NCBI GenBank assembly: GCA_040182905.1
Contig: JARQWU010000028.1
Location: 1 to 64,000 of the forward strand
Length of the DNA: 64,000 nt
Direction of reading: 5' to 3'
Source of the DNA: Barthelona sp. PAP020
Lineage: Eukaryota
The position numbers and the translations under genes were made by a program. A model generated the notes under the pieces. It saw only the letters and a program-made list of their open reading frames with translations. It did not search any database and was not told the origin of the DNA. Below, one piece after another: positions 10,401 through 20,721 of this stretch; within the stretch, counting starts at the first letter, position 1; each line of letters opens with the position of its first letter.

Positions 10401-11146
10401 AAATGATCAATGAAGAAATGACAATCTACAGTTAATTTAACCAAAGAAAACATTTGTTTTTGAATGTTTCTTGAATTTAGAAAATTAAAAAATTCATTAA
10501 AAATATCAAATTCTTCAAGAGGCAGAAATTTTTTGGAACTTAATTCATGTAAAATAATAGCATAGAATATATTCGTTTTCTCTCGGTGATATTTCATTTT
10601 ACATTGCAAATCTTTTTCTCCAAAGAACTGAATAAACTTGGAATCATATTTTTTAAAAACGTTTATCAAATTTTTAAATGGTTTTTGATATGCTTTATTG
10701 GTTAAATAATGAATAAGAAAGTTTTCTTCAGTACAATGATAAAAAAAAACTGCAAAATCAAGAAAGAACTGAAAATCTTTATTTGGAAGTTCAAGAAGCC
10801 TTTTATCGTAATTCTCAAAATTCATTCTTTCAATTTTATCCTTTTCCATGAAAATATATGTTATTAATAAATATTTACAAATTTCTTTCACTTCAGCAAT
10901 AACATTAGAGTATAAAGAAATTAAAACTCTAAAAGATTTGATTGAATCATATGGTATTTTAAAATTTTGATCAAACCAAAAATCTTTTGGATGAAATTTC
11001 ATTTCAAACATTTTTAAACAACCAATAACCGGATTTGCATTTATTTCAGCATCAATTTTCGTTAAATATACATCAATTTCCTTTGAAAAATTTCCAATAA
11101 AGTGTTCATATTTGTCATCAAGTTTAATTTTTGTTGTGATTGACAT
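7475..11146 (-). CDS. Large ankyrin-repeat protein (degenerate repeats, acidic inserts)
   Basis: 1223-aa ORF with TPLMLATYGGHINIIKRLL, SLLHLAVISNNLKNVEILL and GNPALFYAFEIGNIEMIELLLAYGADP. Confidence 0.85.
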   Translation of the reverse strand: MSITTKIKLDDKYEHFIGNFSKEIDVYLTKIDAEINANPVIGCLKMFEMKFHPKDFWFDQNFKIPYDSIKSFRVLISLYSNVIAEVKEICKYLLITYIFMEKDKIERMNFENYDKRLLELPNKDFQFFLDFAVFFYHCTEENFLIHYLTNKAYQKPFKNLINVFKKYDSKFIQFFGEKDLQCKMKYHREKTNIFYAIILHELSSKKFLPLEEFDIFNEFFNFLNSRNIQKQMFSLVKLTVDCHFFIDHFDLKEFENLNGSCLLGDFATVNKICETIPNIQNQLSNQNDAKITPLMLATYGGHINIIKRLLSECDENINFSIDKCVLIASWLGYSDIVKYYFFRFKIKHLSDKSQESFEEEEEEEEEKKKLWGKELLVKISTAKILKYANWEIIDFLLNTLKLEINLFNEENFLNMMCNKDYLVFDNLFILLQAHMKSNIKSKRFLQKILMNAFRLNYDLVRIEKILDFPVDLAPKIDSLCLVYACIHGEYSMINKCLKTVFVTKSKFRFHPLTHLLMCGHVDCFKRLVSENKFNFTGVDQIWFLLEPLILIGSIELFDSFMSMEIISKEKFCEFFGRKNYDKDGVNHIGRNNNEENYDIYGDDDEEEEYDEEEAYDEEEEDFIPIKQKIERLRRQFISDKQTSLFYGKPNGIIEALGGNKHDSSTQSLEFFNNIIEYIDMKFEALNSKTKCDLLKGAISSKNIPLIELILAEKQSINEHLSKDEYNPLCHMIQNNDYILFSYICEKFSAGHEIFKRAFSFAIFYNSLRYLVDIFIQKKVDLNFVKGMEEFVDKEEKELVFSSLIYAITCDSKDSFVALLENNVDPFVIDSFFNVNCLEILLSTTTMIMIDVNEQDYIAILLKYTGDKLLKLKIFDYSSNYEINMVFDKIEKLFHHNEAYLIELLPTYFFHGFYLADYYKLDELIKETFKKFMKSHQNFDINFKAYGNMTLLFISVLTCKNRFAIDLLNYNADPFISCVNDITAFDIAIESVNYHVVRAISRKFKDKIMKMDTKTRLLCSAMNNDETFVNLLEITQNIDFNSVKTKKYDLSLLHLAVISNNLKNVEILLDHHTDVDMKDKMGNPALFYAFEIGNIEMIELLLAYGADPQSSNFDGIGIHDLSLSDEKVRNFAINVLGIKPQEEEEEEDDDDDDQIQSYYNAGNPFDEIINCRFQYSHRYLFELKKFTYPNDGTNCLNESTLSRLVDLYSIICLNPFEDYENEEW

Positions 11147-11378
11147 GAAAATACCAAAAAATGAAATTTTTTTGAAATTGCTTTCTTTTTATTTATTCCC
11201 TTACTCAACAAACCTATTTCATGGTATTTTACTCTGTTATATCATCGTTAAACTTCATCGTGGTTGAAAAAAATGCTTTTTTAATAAAGGTACATATACA
11301 TCAATTTTCTTCTTTTAAAATATTTAAGAACTAGTGAATAAGAAAAAAAAGAAAAAAAAGAAAAAAAAAGCAAAATAT

Positions 11379-12335
11379 TTAAAGTTTATCCACAATTTCT
11401 TCAGTCTCATTCTGTTTGGTTTCAGGAGCTATTCTGAATAATTCAATCTCCTGAGATCTGAAATATCTGTCATCAGCAGTTTTATCAAAAATTAGCAAGT
11501 TTAAGAAGTACTTTACATCAAAAACACCATTAACATTGGTCATAGTTGGAGTCAATTTCTTCTCATGTGGAGTCAAATACATTCTAATGGGAACAACTTC
11601 ACCGAATACAGGTGTTCCAGCCATGACCTCAAATTTGGAGATAGTCTCACCATATGTTCGATCTACTTGATTGGAATCGGTAATTTTCTCTCTCTTCATC
11701 AACCAAATCTCCATATTCTCGATATCCACCTTGACAGATACAAATGTGATTTCTCCCAAAACCACATCATTCAAAGAATATTGGCTCTTATCATAAACAA
11801 ATTCTATGTGTACCAAGTCTTCAATACCAACTTGCATTCTAACAGGTACGGAAGGGGGTAATTCTGTTTTATTGAATAAATGAACAAGAAAATCCTTTTC
11901 TTCAATAATTTTTGGTTTATAAGCTCTAGTTATCGTTACTCTAATGAAGTATCTTAATTGAATATGTAGACCATGGTAGGTTTCATATGGTTTATCAACA
12001 TTTGGAAAGAGAAATTCAAAAGTTTGAGCTTCTGTCATAGTTCCAGTTGTTAATAAATCTTTTTGAGCTTGTAAAACACGATTTGGCTTGTTCTTTTCTT
12101 CATCATAAATAATTTCACTTATTAATTCAACTTTAACACCTTCATGTTCCAGATCAGTTGATGGTAATATTGTGATATTACCAGATATTACATCTTTTTC
12201 ATGATAAATAGGGGCCAAAATATCAGGATTGTTTGGATTCAAAGGTGCTTTGGGTTTTTCTTCTTCATTATCCAAATTAATTATTATTTTTGCAGGATCT
12301 GTGAAAGAAGTGAAGAAATTACGAATACTTTGCAT
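11379..12335 (-). CDS. VPS26: Retromer subunit Vps26
   Basis: LEHEGVKVEL, KPYETYHG..IQLRYFIRVTI, MQVGIEDLVHIEFVYDKSQYSLNDVVLG, FEVMAGTPVFGEVVPIRMYL, RYFRSQEIELFR. Confidence 0.95.
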   Translation of the reverse strand: MQSIRNFFTSFTDPAKIIINLDNEEEKPKAPLNPNNPDILAPIYHEKDVISGNITILPSTDLEHEGVKVELISEIIYDEEKNKPNRVLQAQKDLLTTGTMTEAQTFEFLFPNVDKPYETYHGLHIQLRYFIRVTITRAYKPKIIEEKDFLVHLFNKTELPPSVPVRMQVGIEDLVHIEFVYDKSQYSLNDVVLGEITFVSVKVDIENMEIWLMKREKITDSNQVDRTYGETISKFEVMAGTPVFGEVVPIRMYLTPHEKKLTPTMTNVNGVFDVKYFLNLLIFDKTADDRYFRSQEIELFRIAPETKQNETEEIVDKL

Positions 12336-12704
12336 AAATTTTGATAAATGAAATTGTTTGAGGAAATTTGATTCTTTTTTTTCATTTGAATATTTATTTC
12401 TTTTTTAACTGATTGTGTTTTAAAATAAGAATATAAACAAATGTTGTAAATTCTAAAGAATTTTATGCACATTGGGACATATTCTCAATAAAAAAATACG
12501 TTTTCTTGAAAACCAAATAAAAAAATACTGATATTTACAAAATATGTACTTAAATGAATACAAATGAAATGAGAACCACAATCTATTCAATTTTTGTGAA
12601 AATTTTTGGAAGATCACACAAAAATTTGGATAAACGAGAGAATGAAAATTAATTTGTGTATCAAACGACTTTTATATTTGAATAAATGAAGAGGTTTTAC
12701 ATTA

Positions 12705-13667
12705 TTAATTTGAATAGTCTTCAAGCGAATATTTTTTAATACGACTGAGGTCATTAACAATAGCACACATCACTTTTTTTTTATCTGGAGATATAGCATA
12801 CGAAAATTGATAAAAACTTTCATCAAATTCAATTCTTTGAATTTTTGTGAAAGTTTCAGCATTAATCAACTGAATAAAGTGTTCAGACATGACAATTAAA
12901 ATATTTGGAGAAAGATATTCCAACGCAATGATGCAATCGCAATCATCATATTGCAGGGAGTTGATATGTGTACCATTTTCAGTACTGCAAAAATCAACCA
13001 AATTATTTGCATCTGCTACAGCAATAACGTTTTCAGTAGGATGTAAGCAAGCTGTGAGAATATCTTCTTCACATTTAAACACTTGATTAACACACAAATT
13101 TTCAGAATCCAATTGTGTGACAAAATTATCCACAGGAATCCCAATGATTTGTTTTCCATCATCAGAAAGTGTGATTTGAATGACTGGCTCACGACTGATG
13201 TTTGTCTGCTTTACAACATTTCTATCTTTAATATTCCAAAGTTTTATATATCCTTTTTCATCACCAGAATATATATAGTCAGAACAAATGGAAAACGATA
13301 TGGTATAAACAAAACTGTTATTGACCAAAGTTGCATAGATGGAAAAATCATCAAGATTATAAATGATTATGGTTTTATCACAGGAACAGGTTGCAAAATA
13401 TTTATTATTTGCTGAAAATGCAATGGCATTGACTTCATCATTGTGGTCATCCATTGAAATAATGTGTTTTTCAGTGTTTCCATCTAATATTATTACTTTT
13501 GGTGTTGCTTCCTGTTGTACAATGGCAAAATATTTACCATTTGGTGAATAATTACAAAAATATACAAGGCCTTCGAGAGGAACAGATAAAACACTTTCAT
13601 TTTTGTTGTCTATTTCTAATAAAAAATTTTCATCAATTGATTTGTTGCCCAAAACATCTGATGACAT
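12705..13667 (-). CDS. Single-propeller WD40 protein, paralogous to the N-terminus of the 29686 gene
   Basis: HNDEVNAIAFS..YFATCSCDKTIIIYN, YIYSGDEKGYIKLWN and FSYAISPDKK align with aa ~35-325 of the 1500-aa protein. Confidence 0.85.
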   Translation of the reverse strand: MSSDVLGNKSIDENFLLEIDNKNESVLSVPLEGLVYFCNYSPNGKYFAIVQQEATPKVIILDGNTEKHIISMDDHNDEVNAIAFSANNKYFATCSCDKTIIIYNLDDFSIYATLVNNSFVYTISFSICSDYIYSGDEKGYIKLWNIKDRNVVKQTNISREPVIQITLSDDGKQIIGIPVDNFVTQLDSENLCVNQVFKCEEDILTACLHPTENVIAVADANNLVDFCSTENGTHINSLQYDDCDCIIALEYLSPNILIVMSEHFIQLINAETFTKIQRIEFDESFYQFSYAISPDKKKVMCAIVNDLSRIKKYSLEDYSN

Positions 13668-13994
13668 TCAGAAAAACAGAAAAAAAAGAAAAAAAACTTT
13701 TTACTTGTCAAATATAGTTTCATTTACAATTAAAGACACCATAGTCATCAGGATAGGAAAGATAATCATGTGCGTAGATAAAGGTTTCGATTAAAGGTTG
13801 GTGAAAATTGTTTTAACAGAAAGATATTTTTTAAGTCAAATTTTCTTCTATCTGCACAGTAAGCCTACTTTTTAGATTACGTTTTCTTTTTGCTAAGAAC
13901 ACTTCCCTTTGATGTCAATTATTCTCAAAACAGAATCGATCACCCCCAAACTCACAGAAACAAAGTCTATAAATAAAAAATATAAATAAAAAAT

Positions 13995-14316
13995 ATTGGT
14001 CCAGTTGTGAAACAACTATATTTATTTACAAAGAAAGTAAACTCAGAAAACTCATTCTAGCAAATTTCAGTCAAAATCCCAGAGGGGGAATTGAGGGACT
14101 GAAATGTAATTTGAACGATCAAGTAGGAGAATCTCGGAGAAATTCTTCATTCCTATTTTTTTGGATTTTTGCAAAAGCAAAATTTTAAAGTTTAAACTTT
14201 ACCTTAGAAAGTCTAAAGTTTTTCAACAGATCAATGGGTCTCGAAAGCCTTTAACCAAATAAACACTATTCTTTCTTATTCACTCATACGCACAGTGCTT
14301 CTTGGCTTGGAAATAA
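13995..14316 (-). repeat. Dispersed ~322-bp non-coding repeat, copy 2 (inverted relative to copy 1)
   Basis: Reverse complement matches 3245-3566. Confidence 0.95.
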
Positions 14317-14354
14317 AAACAAATTATATGATACATAATTTATCAAACATCAAT

Positions 14355-17300
14355 TTAAGTCTTCAAATGTTTTGATACTTTTTCTTCAATGGTTGCATCC
14401 AACTTTTGCAAAAGTTTATCCAAAAGTTTATCAGATAGTAATTCAATTGTGTTTTCCAATGACGCATTCTGTGAAATTTGTATATTTTCTTCTTTTTCTT
14501 CTTTTTCTTCTTGTGTTTGTTTTTCTTGTATTTCCTCTTTCGTTGAATTTCCTTGAACAAAAGGTAAGATTTGTTCGTGAACTGAAAACAAACACTTTTG
14601 AAGAGGCATCAATAGATCTGTAGATTTAGATTGAGAAACTCGATTCATTACAGCCATCAGTTCATCAAAACTTTGAGAAAATGTTTGAACTTTGGCAAAT
14701 ACTTGATCAGACAATTGTTTATCCTCTGTCAAGATTTCAATCGACTCTTCGAACGAAAGGTCAAAGATTTCGCCAGGTAAAGATTCATCGTCTGTTGAAA
14801 CATTGGATGTTTCATTTAATGGTTCTTCTATTCTGTTGATGAGGGACTGATTAGCAACATCATCATTTTCCACTGAAGCAATCTGATTTTCAAGATCTTG
14901 GAAGAACTTTTGAGAATCTTCAAAAGTTTCAACGGAACCATTTACCAGTCCTTTTCTTGACTCAACAGTATTTTCAAGCGAATGTGAATGCGAAATGTTA
15001 AAGTCATCCTCAGATAACATATTCTTTAATTCGTTATCAATATCTTCATTAGACAATGATTTTATAGACCTATAACTGGAACTAAAAATGTATTGTTCTT
15101 CATTCTCTTCATCTTCATCTTCATCTGATTTTCCAACATCAAGCATTCCATCCAATTTCCCTAAAACACCCTGTATTTCCTGTTGTACACTATCTGCATC
15201 TGATAACTCAACTTCAACATCTTCTTCTTCATCATTGTCATAGGGTGAATCACCAATTAAATTTTCGGAGCTGCATGATTGATTCTTTGCCTGATCACTT
15301 TTGATTGGCTCCAGTTCTTCAGTACTTTTTTCCAATTTCTTTTCAAATAATGAATTAACAGTGGTAGCATGTTTTGGAGATGGAAAGAAAGTGTTTCTCA
15401 GAAGCATACTATTTCCCAAATCAATATCATCGTCCTCATCAGTTTCTACCTCATCATCACCATATTCATCAAAAGTGAAGGATTTGATGGAATTGCTGAA
15501 ATCGGGTAAAATTCCAGAATGAGGCAACACTGGTGTATTTTGTGCATCAACAGGAGAATTAATGTTTGGACTAGGGCTTGGTGTTTTTGATCGTAAATTT
15601 TCAGCAGATTCAAAATTTATTCTATCCTCTTTCACAACATCATTGACAACATCAGATAATACATTAGAAATTGTTGAGACAGTTGAAATTGTGGTTTCAA
15701 TCTGCTCTATTTTTTGATTGATATCATCGTCAGTTTTAACTACGTCTTGATTCAAGTCATTATCAGCAGTTGGTACTGTATCCACATCACTAGTTGGTTT
15801 GACATCATTGTTATCATCTTTAATAGTATCATTAATTGCATTTTCAAATTCATTACTGTTTAATTCATCACGTGCTTTCTTTTCAACATCAATTTTCTTT
15901 TCAACATCATGCTCTCCAACTTCCTTATGTTCTACAAAAAGAACCTTAGCTTCTGGTATTCTCTGTGTTTCGACTTTGGTTTCGACTTCTTCTTCTTCTT
16001 TTTCTTCTTCTTCTTCTTCAAAAGAATCTTTACTAGTAACCTTTAGAAGAACGTTATCCACCTTATCAAGGACTTCATTCACTTGTTCATTAATGTTCAT
16101 TTCAGTCTCTTCAATCTCTTCATCCAATTTTTCTTTTATTTCTTGTTTGATTTCAATATCTGTCGATAACACATCATTTACTGCTTGAACAACTTGATCT
16201 GCATCTTCTTCTTCTTGAATTGCTTCAGACACTGATTCAATTGATCCAAAAGTGGGTCTAACCATTCGAGTCTTATTTAAAATCAAATACCCATTTTCAA
16301 CATCTGTATTCAACCAACCATTCTTAATCTGTGGATTTTTAACGTGCTTTTTTTCTTTCTCAAAACGAAGTTTTTCTTTGAACTGTGATAAAGCATTTTT
16401 CATTTGTTCTTCTTCTTCAGCTGAAATACTGTCAGATTTCAATAAATTATTTCTTGCTTCCGCTTCTAACACTATGGAAGGCATATTATCTATGCTTTGT
16501 TCGATATTGTTTATTTCACTGAATCTAGGAGGCGTTGGTTCCAACTTTGTCAATCTAATGGTAGCAGGGGTAATGGGTTCTGTGACTTTTCGTTTTGTGT
16601 CACGAATTTGAATAAATTCAGTCACATCAATCACAAAAATACATCCATCAGCAGTGGAAGAAACCAATAAAGTCTCTGAAGTTTCTTTGTTATTTTGAAG
16701 GAATATGCATTCGGTGACAAAATAACCAAATCCAGTGATTCTTGGGCTTGCTACTCTTGAATTGATATCCAAAATCTTCAATGTATAATCTGATTGTCGA
16801 ATGGCAATAAACTTTCCATCTGCTGAGAATTGAACACCTATAGGATCAACAACGCGCTTTTTCTTCGCATTATTAACATTTGCAAGACTTTTAATGGCTT
16901 TACCAGTAATAATATCAAATAGGATCAGTCCTCCATGTTCAGTAGCAGCAATGATATGACCACTTTCTTGATCGATGGTTAAATCATATATTACATCAGC
17001 TTCATGATAGGTATTGAATAATTCCCAATTAGTAAATGTGTTATCTCTTGCTGAGCGAATCTGCCGATAGAATGATACATTTCCATCAGTACAAGAGATG
17101 GCCATCATGGGAGAAATTGGATGTTGCCAAAAAACAATACCAGAAATAGAACTGGACATTTTCAAAGCGCAATCATTGTAAGTCTCTGATAATCCCAATA
17201 GATTAACAACACCATCTTCACATCCTGTTGCCAAAACAGGTGGATAATCAGGAAAATTTAAAAAGGTAGCAACAGTAACAGATTTGCTGTGTAATTTAGT

Positions 17301-18722
17301 ATCAAGCGCATATATAAACTCATCAACTTTACCAAGCTCATTCATATTGTGGTAGATCTTCACATTTCCATCCCTATAACCAATGCTTAAGAATTCTTTC
17401 TTGTCATCTAAAGCAATAACTCTACAAGCTTCATTAGGAATCTGTTCTTCATTGAATGTGTTTAATTCAGAAGAGATGAATAGTTTAAGGGTTGAATCAT
17501 AAGAAAAAATTGACTTTGATTCTGCTTGACTTTTGCCTGAATTATGCAATTGTCTTAAAAGTACTTTACCATCAAAAGAACAACTTGCAAATTCAGTTTC
17601 ATTAATACAAACTAGATCTGTAACAGCACCAATATGAGATAAAAAGCTATTTACAATTGGAATCTTATCGTTGATTTCAACATTTTCATTTACCTTTGAA
17701 ACATCAAAAATAACAACCAAACCATTTTTGTAATACACAACCAAATATCCATACGTCTTTACAACAGACATGGCAATAATATCGGGCTTGTTTTCAAAAT
17801 TGTCAGAAAATTTGCACACTTCCTCATTTACTTCTTCTTCTTTCACAATTCTCCGTTTATCACAATATTCATCAGGGGGTAAAGGCAAACTAGTGACATA
17901 TTGTAGACCCTCTGTGCGAAGAATGTGAACACGTCCATTTGTACCAGCGATGAAAGTGTAATCATCCAAACATACAACGGACGAACACTTACCAACCTCA
18001 ATCTCAGCCCACCGTTCAATCAGTCTGCTAGCTCCAATCTGCAATAAAATATTTTCCGATGAGAACGTTTGGAAGGATTTACCTCCCCTTATCGATGAAA
18101 CAAAATGAAATTCAGCATCCCTATTTTTGCCTAAGATGGTTGAACGACCTATCAAAGATTGATCATTTTGCTCATTTTTCAAAGTCCACACACGAACATG
18201 TCTACAACCAACAGTAATAATGCATTTATCATTGAAGGAAAAACAACAATGGTAAAGTTTATCTGGAGTCTCTACATTAGAAATAACACGATTATTTTCG
18301 TAATCGAATACAATTAATCGATAATTGCTCATGGAAATACCAATGCATACAATTAAAGAGGATTTCGTGGCAAATGAACAATTTTTAATGAGAAAATTTT
18401 CAAAAATTTTTGTTGAAATAATTTCCAAAGTTTTAGCATTCACAAAAGTTATTTTAGATACAGATAATTTATTATTGTAATGTGAATCAGTGGAATTTTT
18501 TGAAGTCAAATATTGAACACAAGAAAAAATAGTTTGGTCTTGATTTGAGGTTAAATTTTCAATAGGTGTTCGATTTTTTGGTGAAAAGAATCGCTGTTGG
18601 GTTAAATTTTTCGAATCAGTTATAGATATAGTTGCTGAAGCAACATGTGCAAAAGATGTTCCCAAACCACATACTTGTGATGATTTAGTAACCGAATGTC
18701 CATAAATGGCTTTAATATTCAT
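14355..18722 (-). CDS. WDR62/MAPKBP1-like WD40 protein with long acidic region and C-terminal helical motif
   Basis: RLIERWAEI...FIAGTNGRVHI...LQYVTSLPLP, IYDLTID, LVSSTADGCIFV and the C-terminal IELLSDKLL resemble WDR62/MAPKBP1. Confidence 0.7.
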   Translation of the reverse strand: MNIKAIYGHSVTKSSQVCGLGTSFAHVASATISITDSKNLTQQRFFSPKNRTPIENLTSNQDQTIFSCVQYLTSKNSTDSHYNNKLSVSKITFVNAKTLEIISTKIFENFLIKNCSFATKSSLIVCIGISMSNYRLIVFDYENNRVISNVETPDKLYHCCFSFNDKCIITVGCRHVRVWTLKNEQNDQSLIGRSTILGKNRDAEFHFVSSIRGGKSFQTFSSENILLQIGASRLIERWAEIEVGKCSSVVCLDDYTFIAGTNGRVHILRTEGLQYVTSLPLPPDEYCDKRRIVKEEEVNEEVCKFSDNFENKPDIIAMSVVKTYGYLVVYYKNGLVVIFDVSKVNENVEINDKIPIVNSFLSHIGAVTDLVCINETEFASCSFDGKVLLRQLHNSGKSQAESKSIFSYDSTLKLFISSELNTFNEEQIPNEACRVIALDDKKEFLSIGYRDGNVKIYHNMNELGKVDEFIYALDTKLHSKSVTVATFLNFPDYPPVLATGCEDGVVNLLGLSETYNDCALKMSSSISGIVFWQHPISPMMAISCTDGNVSFYRQIRSARDNTFTNWELFNTYHEADVIYDLTIDQESGHIIAATEHGGLILFDIITGKAIKSLANVNNAKKKRVVDPIGVQFSADGKFIAIRQSDYTLKILDINSRVASPRITGFGYFVTECIFLQNNKETSETLLVSSTADGCIFVIDVTEFIQIRDTKRKVTEPITPATIRLTKLEPTPPRFSEINNIEQSIDNMPSIVLEAEARNNLLKSDSISAEEEEQMKNALSQFKEKLRFEKEKKHVKNPQIKNGWLNTDVENGYLILNKTRMVRPTFGSIESVSEAIQEEEDADQVVQAVNDVLSTDIEIKQEIKEKLDEEIEETEMNINEQVNEVLDKVDNVLLKVTSKDSFEEEEEEKEEEEVETKVETQRIPEAKVLFVEHKEVGEHDVEKKIDVEKKARDELNSNEFENAINDTIKDDNNDVKPTSDVDTVPTADNDLNQDVVKTDDDINQKIEQIETTISTVSTISNVLSDVVNDVVKEDRINFESAENLRSKTPSPSPNINSPVDAQNTPVLPHSGILPDFSNSIKSFTFDEYGDDEVETDEDDDIDLGNSMLLRNTFFPSPKHATTVNSLFEKKLEKSTEELEPIKSDQAKNQSCSSENLIGDSPYDNDEEEDVEVELSDADSVQQEIQGVLGKLDGMLDVGKSDEDEDEENEEQYIFSSSYRSIKSLSNEDIDNELKNMLSEDDFNISHSHSLENTVESRKGLVNGSVETFEDSQKFFQDLENQIASVENDDVANQSLINRIEEPLNETSNVSTDDESLPGEIFDLSFEESIEILTEDKQLSDQVFAKVQTFSQSFDELMAVMNRVSQSKSTDLLMPLQKCLFSVHEQILPFVQGNSTKEEIQEKQTQEEKEEKEENIQISQNASLENTIELLSDKLLDKLLQKLDATIEEKVSKHLKT

Positions 18723-18821
18723 ATTTTCATAAAATATTTGGTATTATTTAATGATAAAAAAAAAACTGTTTCTGTTCATTCATTTCTTTGACATTTATTT
18801 TTGTTAGTTTTATTGTTGTTT

Positions 18822-19535
18822 ATGGATCAATTAATCATTGAAAATATTGAAGATGATCAATGCATTTTGGTTAATGAAAATGATGAAATGTTGGGTCATA
18901 TTTCCAAATATGATGCACATCTCTATCCTAATTTACATTTACACAGAGCCTTTTCTTTTCTTTTGTTTGATAAAGAAGGTAAATTGTTGTTACAAAGAAG
19001 AGCGTTAACTAAATATCATTTTCCTGGTTATTGGACAAATACTGTTTGTTCTCATCCATTATTTCCAGATGAAACTGATGGTCTACAGGGAGTTTATCAT
19101 GCTCTTTGCAGAAAAACGAAACAAGAAATTGGTTTGGATGTGAAAGATTTATCATTATTTCCAATCAGAAGAATTCTTTATAAGACCGAAAAACGTGTCG
19201 ACTCACCCAATCAAAACCCAAAGATTGACAAATTAACAAATGAATGTGTTTTTGAACACAACCAATCATGTCTTTTTGGAGAATATGAGTTAGATTATAT
19301 AGTGATTGCACAGAGCACTAAAACATCGGAAGATATTGTTTTGACTCCTAATTCAAAAGAAGTTTGTGGATTACAGTGGATTAATTGGACAGAACTACAT
19401 GATGGTCTATTTGATGGAAATTTAACGCCTTGGTTCGAATTCATTATTGAAAAAGTCATTCCTTTAGTTTGGAATGACAAAAATAATGTTGAATTGATTG
19501 CATACGATGAGCGTATTATTAGTTTTTGTAAATAA
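18822..19535 (+). CDS. IDI1: Isopentenyl-diphosphate delta-isomerase type 1
   Basis: CILVNEND, KYDAH, LHRAFSFLLF, LLLQRRA..K..FPGYWTNTVCSHP, EYELDY, LTPWF. First ATG at 18822. Confidence 0.95.
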   Translation: MDQLIIENIEDDQCILVNENDEMLGHISKYDAHLYPNLHLHRAFSFLLFDKEGKLLLQRRALTKYHFPGYWTNTVCSHPLFPDETDGLQGVYHALCRKTKQEIGLDVKDLSLFPIRRILYKTEKRVDSPNQNPKIDKLTNECVFEHNQSCLFGEYELDYIVIAQSTKTSEDIVLTPNSKEVCGLQWINWTELHDGLFDGNLTPWFEFIIEKVIPLVWNDKNNVELIAYDERIISFCK

Positions 19536-19967
19536 TTGCGGCATTTCTTTTTATTTTATTTTTTTTTTGTTTGAGTTAGTTTTTTTATCTTTGTATAAAG
19601 ATAAAAGAAAGAAAGAAAGAGTTTCAACAAAGGAAGAAATATTTTATTTTTGGTTCTCATTTTTAAGAACTTTATCAAACTCAAACCCGATTTCCATTGT
19701 TAACTTATCAACAAATGCAAAGACTAGGTCTTAGGTTCTCAGATGTCAAATAACTGATTCATATTCAACGATAAGAAAGAAAAAAAGACAATTTCTTTTT
19801 ATGCAAATTATAAACAAGTTAAAACAATCTATCTATCTTCATTGTTTCGAGAAATGTTTGTGCAAAATGAATCAAAGAATTATTTACAATACACAATAAA
19901 AAGGAATATTGCGTTTAAAAAGGATGAAAACATGCAAAAACATCAAAAAGCGCAAAAGTCATTAAGC

Positions 19968-20654
19968 TCAAAAAAAACGTGAAGGATACTCTTCCTTATC
20001 ATCATTTTCAAAATTTTGATGATGCTTTTCTTCCTTCATATTTTTGGTATTTCCACTAACATTTGTGGTAAAAGGTGTATTATTTGTTGATATTTCAACA
20101 GAGGGAAATATAGGTCCAGACATGTGCGTATTCATCATTGCCTTCATTTTTCCATGAAAATTTTTTCCCAAATGAGACATGAAATGTGCATCAAATCTTT
20201 CATATTGTGAAACAGGTTCTATCAATTCATTTAATTCTTCCAGACAATTAAGCAATTTTTCTTCATCCAATTCAAGTTTTTTAAATTCATATATTGATCT
20301 TAAACGATATTCTACCATTTGAGTCATAAAGTTCCTGTCAGATTTAAATTTGGGCATTTCTTTTTTGTTAGGACAACCATTTAAATGTTCAAAAGCACTT
20401 TCTCTGAACCCTGTTGGAATTGGTAACCCAAAAATGGTCTCAAATGAGTCAATAAAAGAGAATACTTGATCTTTGGTCATTTCGTTTTTCTTGGATTTTA
20501 ATATTAAAAATAGCGCTTTTAATTGTTTTTCGAATGTGCAAAATCCTTTTTCATTCATCATAAACAAAAATCTATCTAAAATATTCAAAAATATTTGGGA
20601 TGTTTCCCCCTTTTTGATTGAATTTGTCAACACTTTCTCACAATTCAGAATCAA
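19968..20654 (-). CDS. Hypothetical protein (start uncertain)
   Basis: 228-codon ORF with coding-like composition. The 5' codon is TTG and the first ATG is ~30 codons in. Confidence 0.55.
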   Translation of the reverse strand: MILNCEKVLTNSIKKGETSQIFLNILDRFLFMMNEKGFCTFEKQLKALFLILKSKKNEMTKDQVFSFIDSFETIFGLPIPTGFRESAFEHLNGCPNKKEMPKFKSDRNFMTQMVEYRLRSIYEFKKLELDEEKLLNCLEELNELIEPVSQYERFDAHFMSHLGKNFHGKMKAMMNTHMSGPIFPSVEISTNNTPFTTNVSGNTKNMKEEKHHQNFENDDKEEYPSRFF

Positions 20655-20721
20655 TCATTTTTTTTTCCCAAAACTCCAAAACATGTTTCATTTTACAGAC
20701 AAAACAACAATAAAAAACTTT

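Noticed and set aside
13995..14316. U2-like (GATCAAGT) and U5-like (GCCTTTAAC) words in the dispersed repeat
   Set aside because: The matches are short and imperfect and lack the surrounding snRNA structure.
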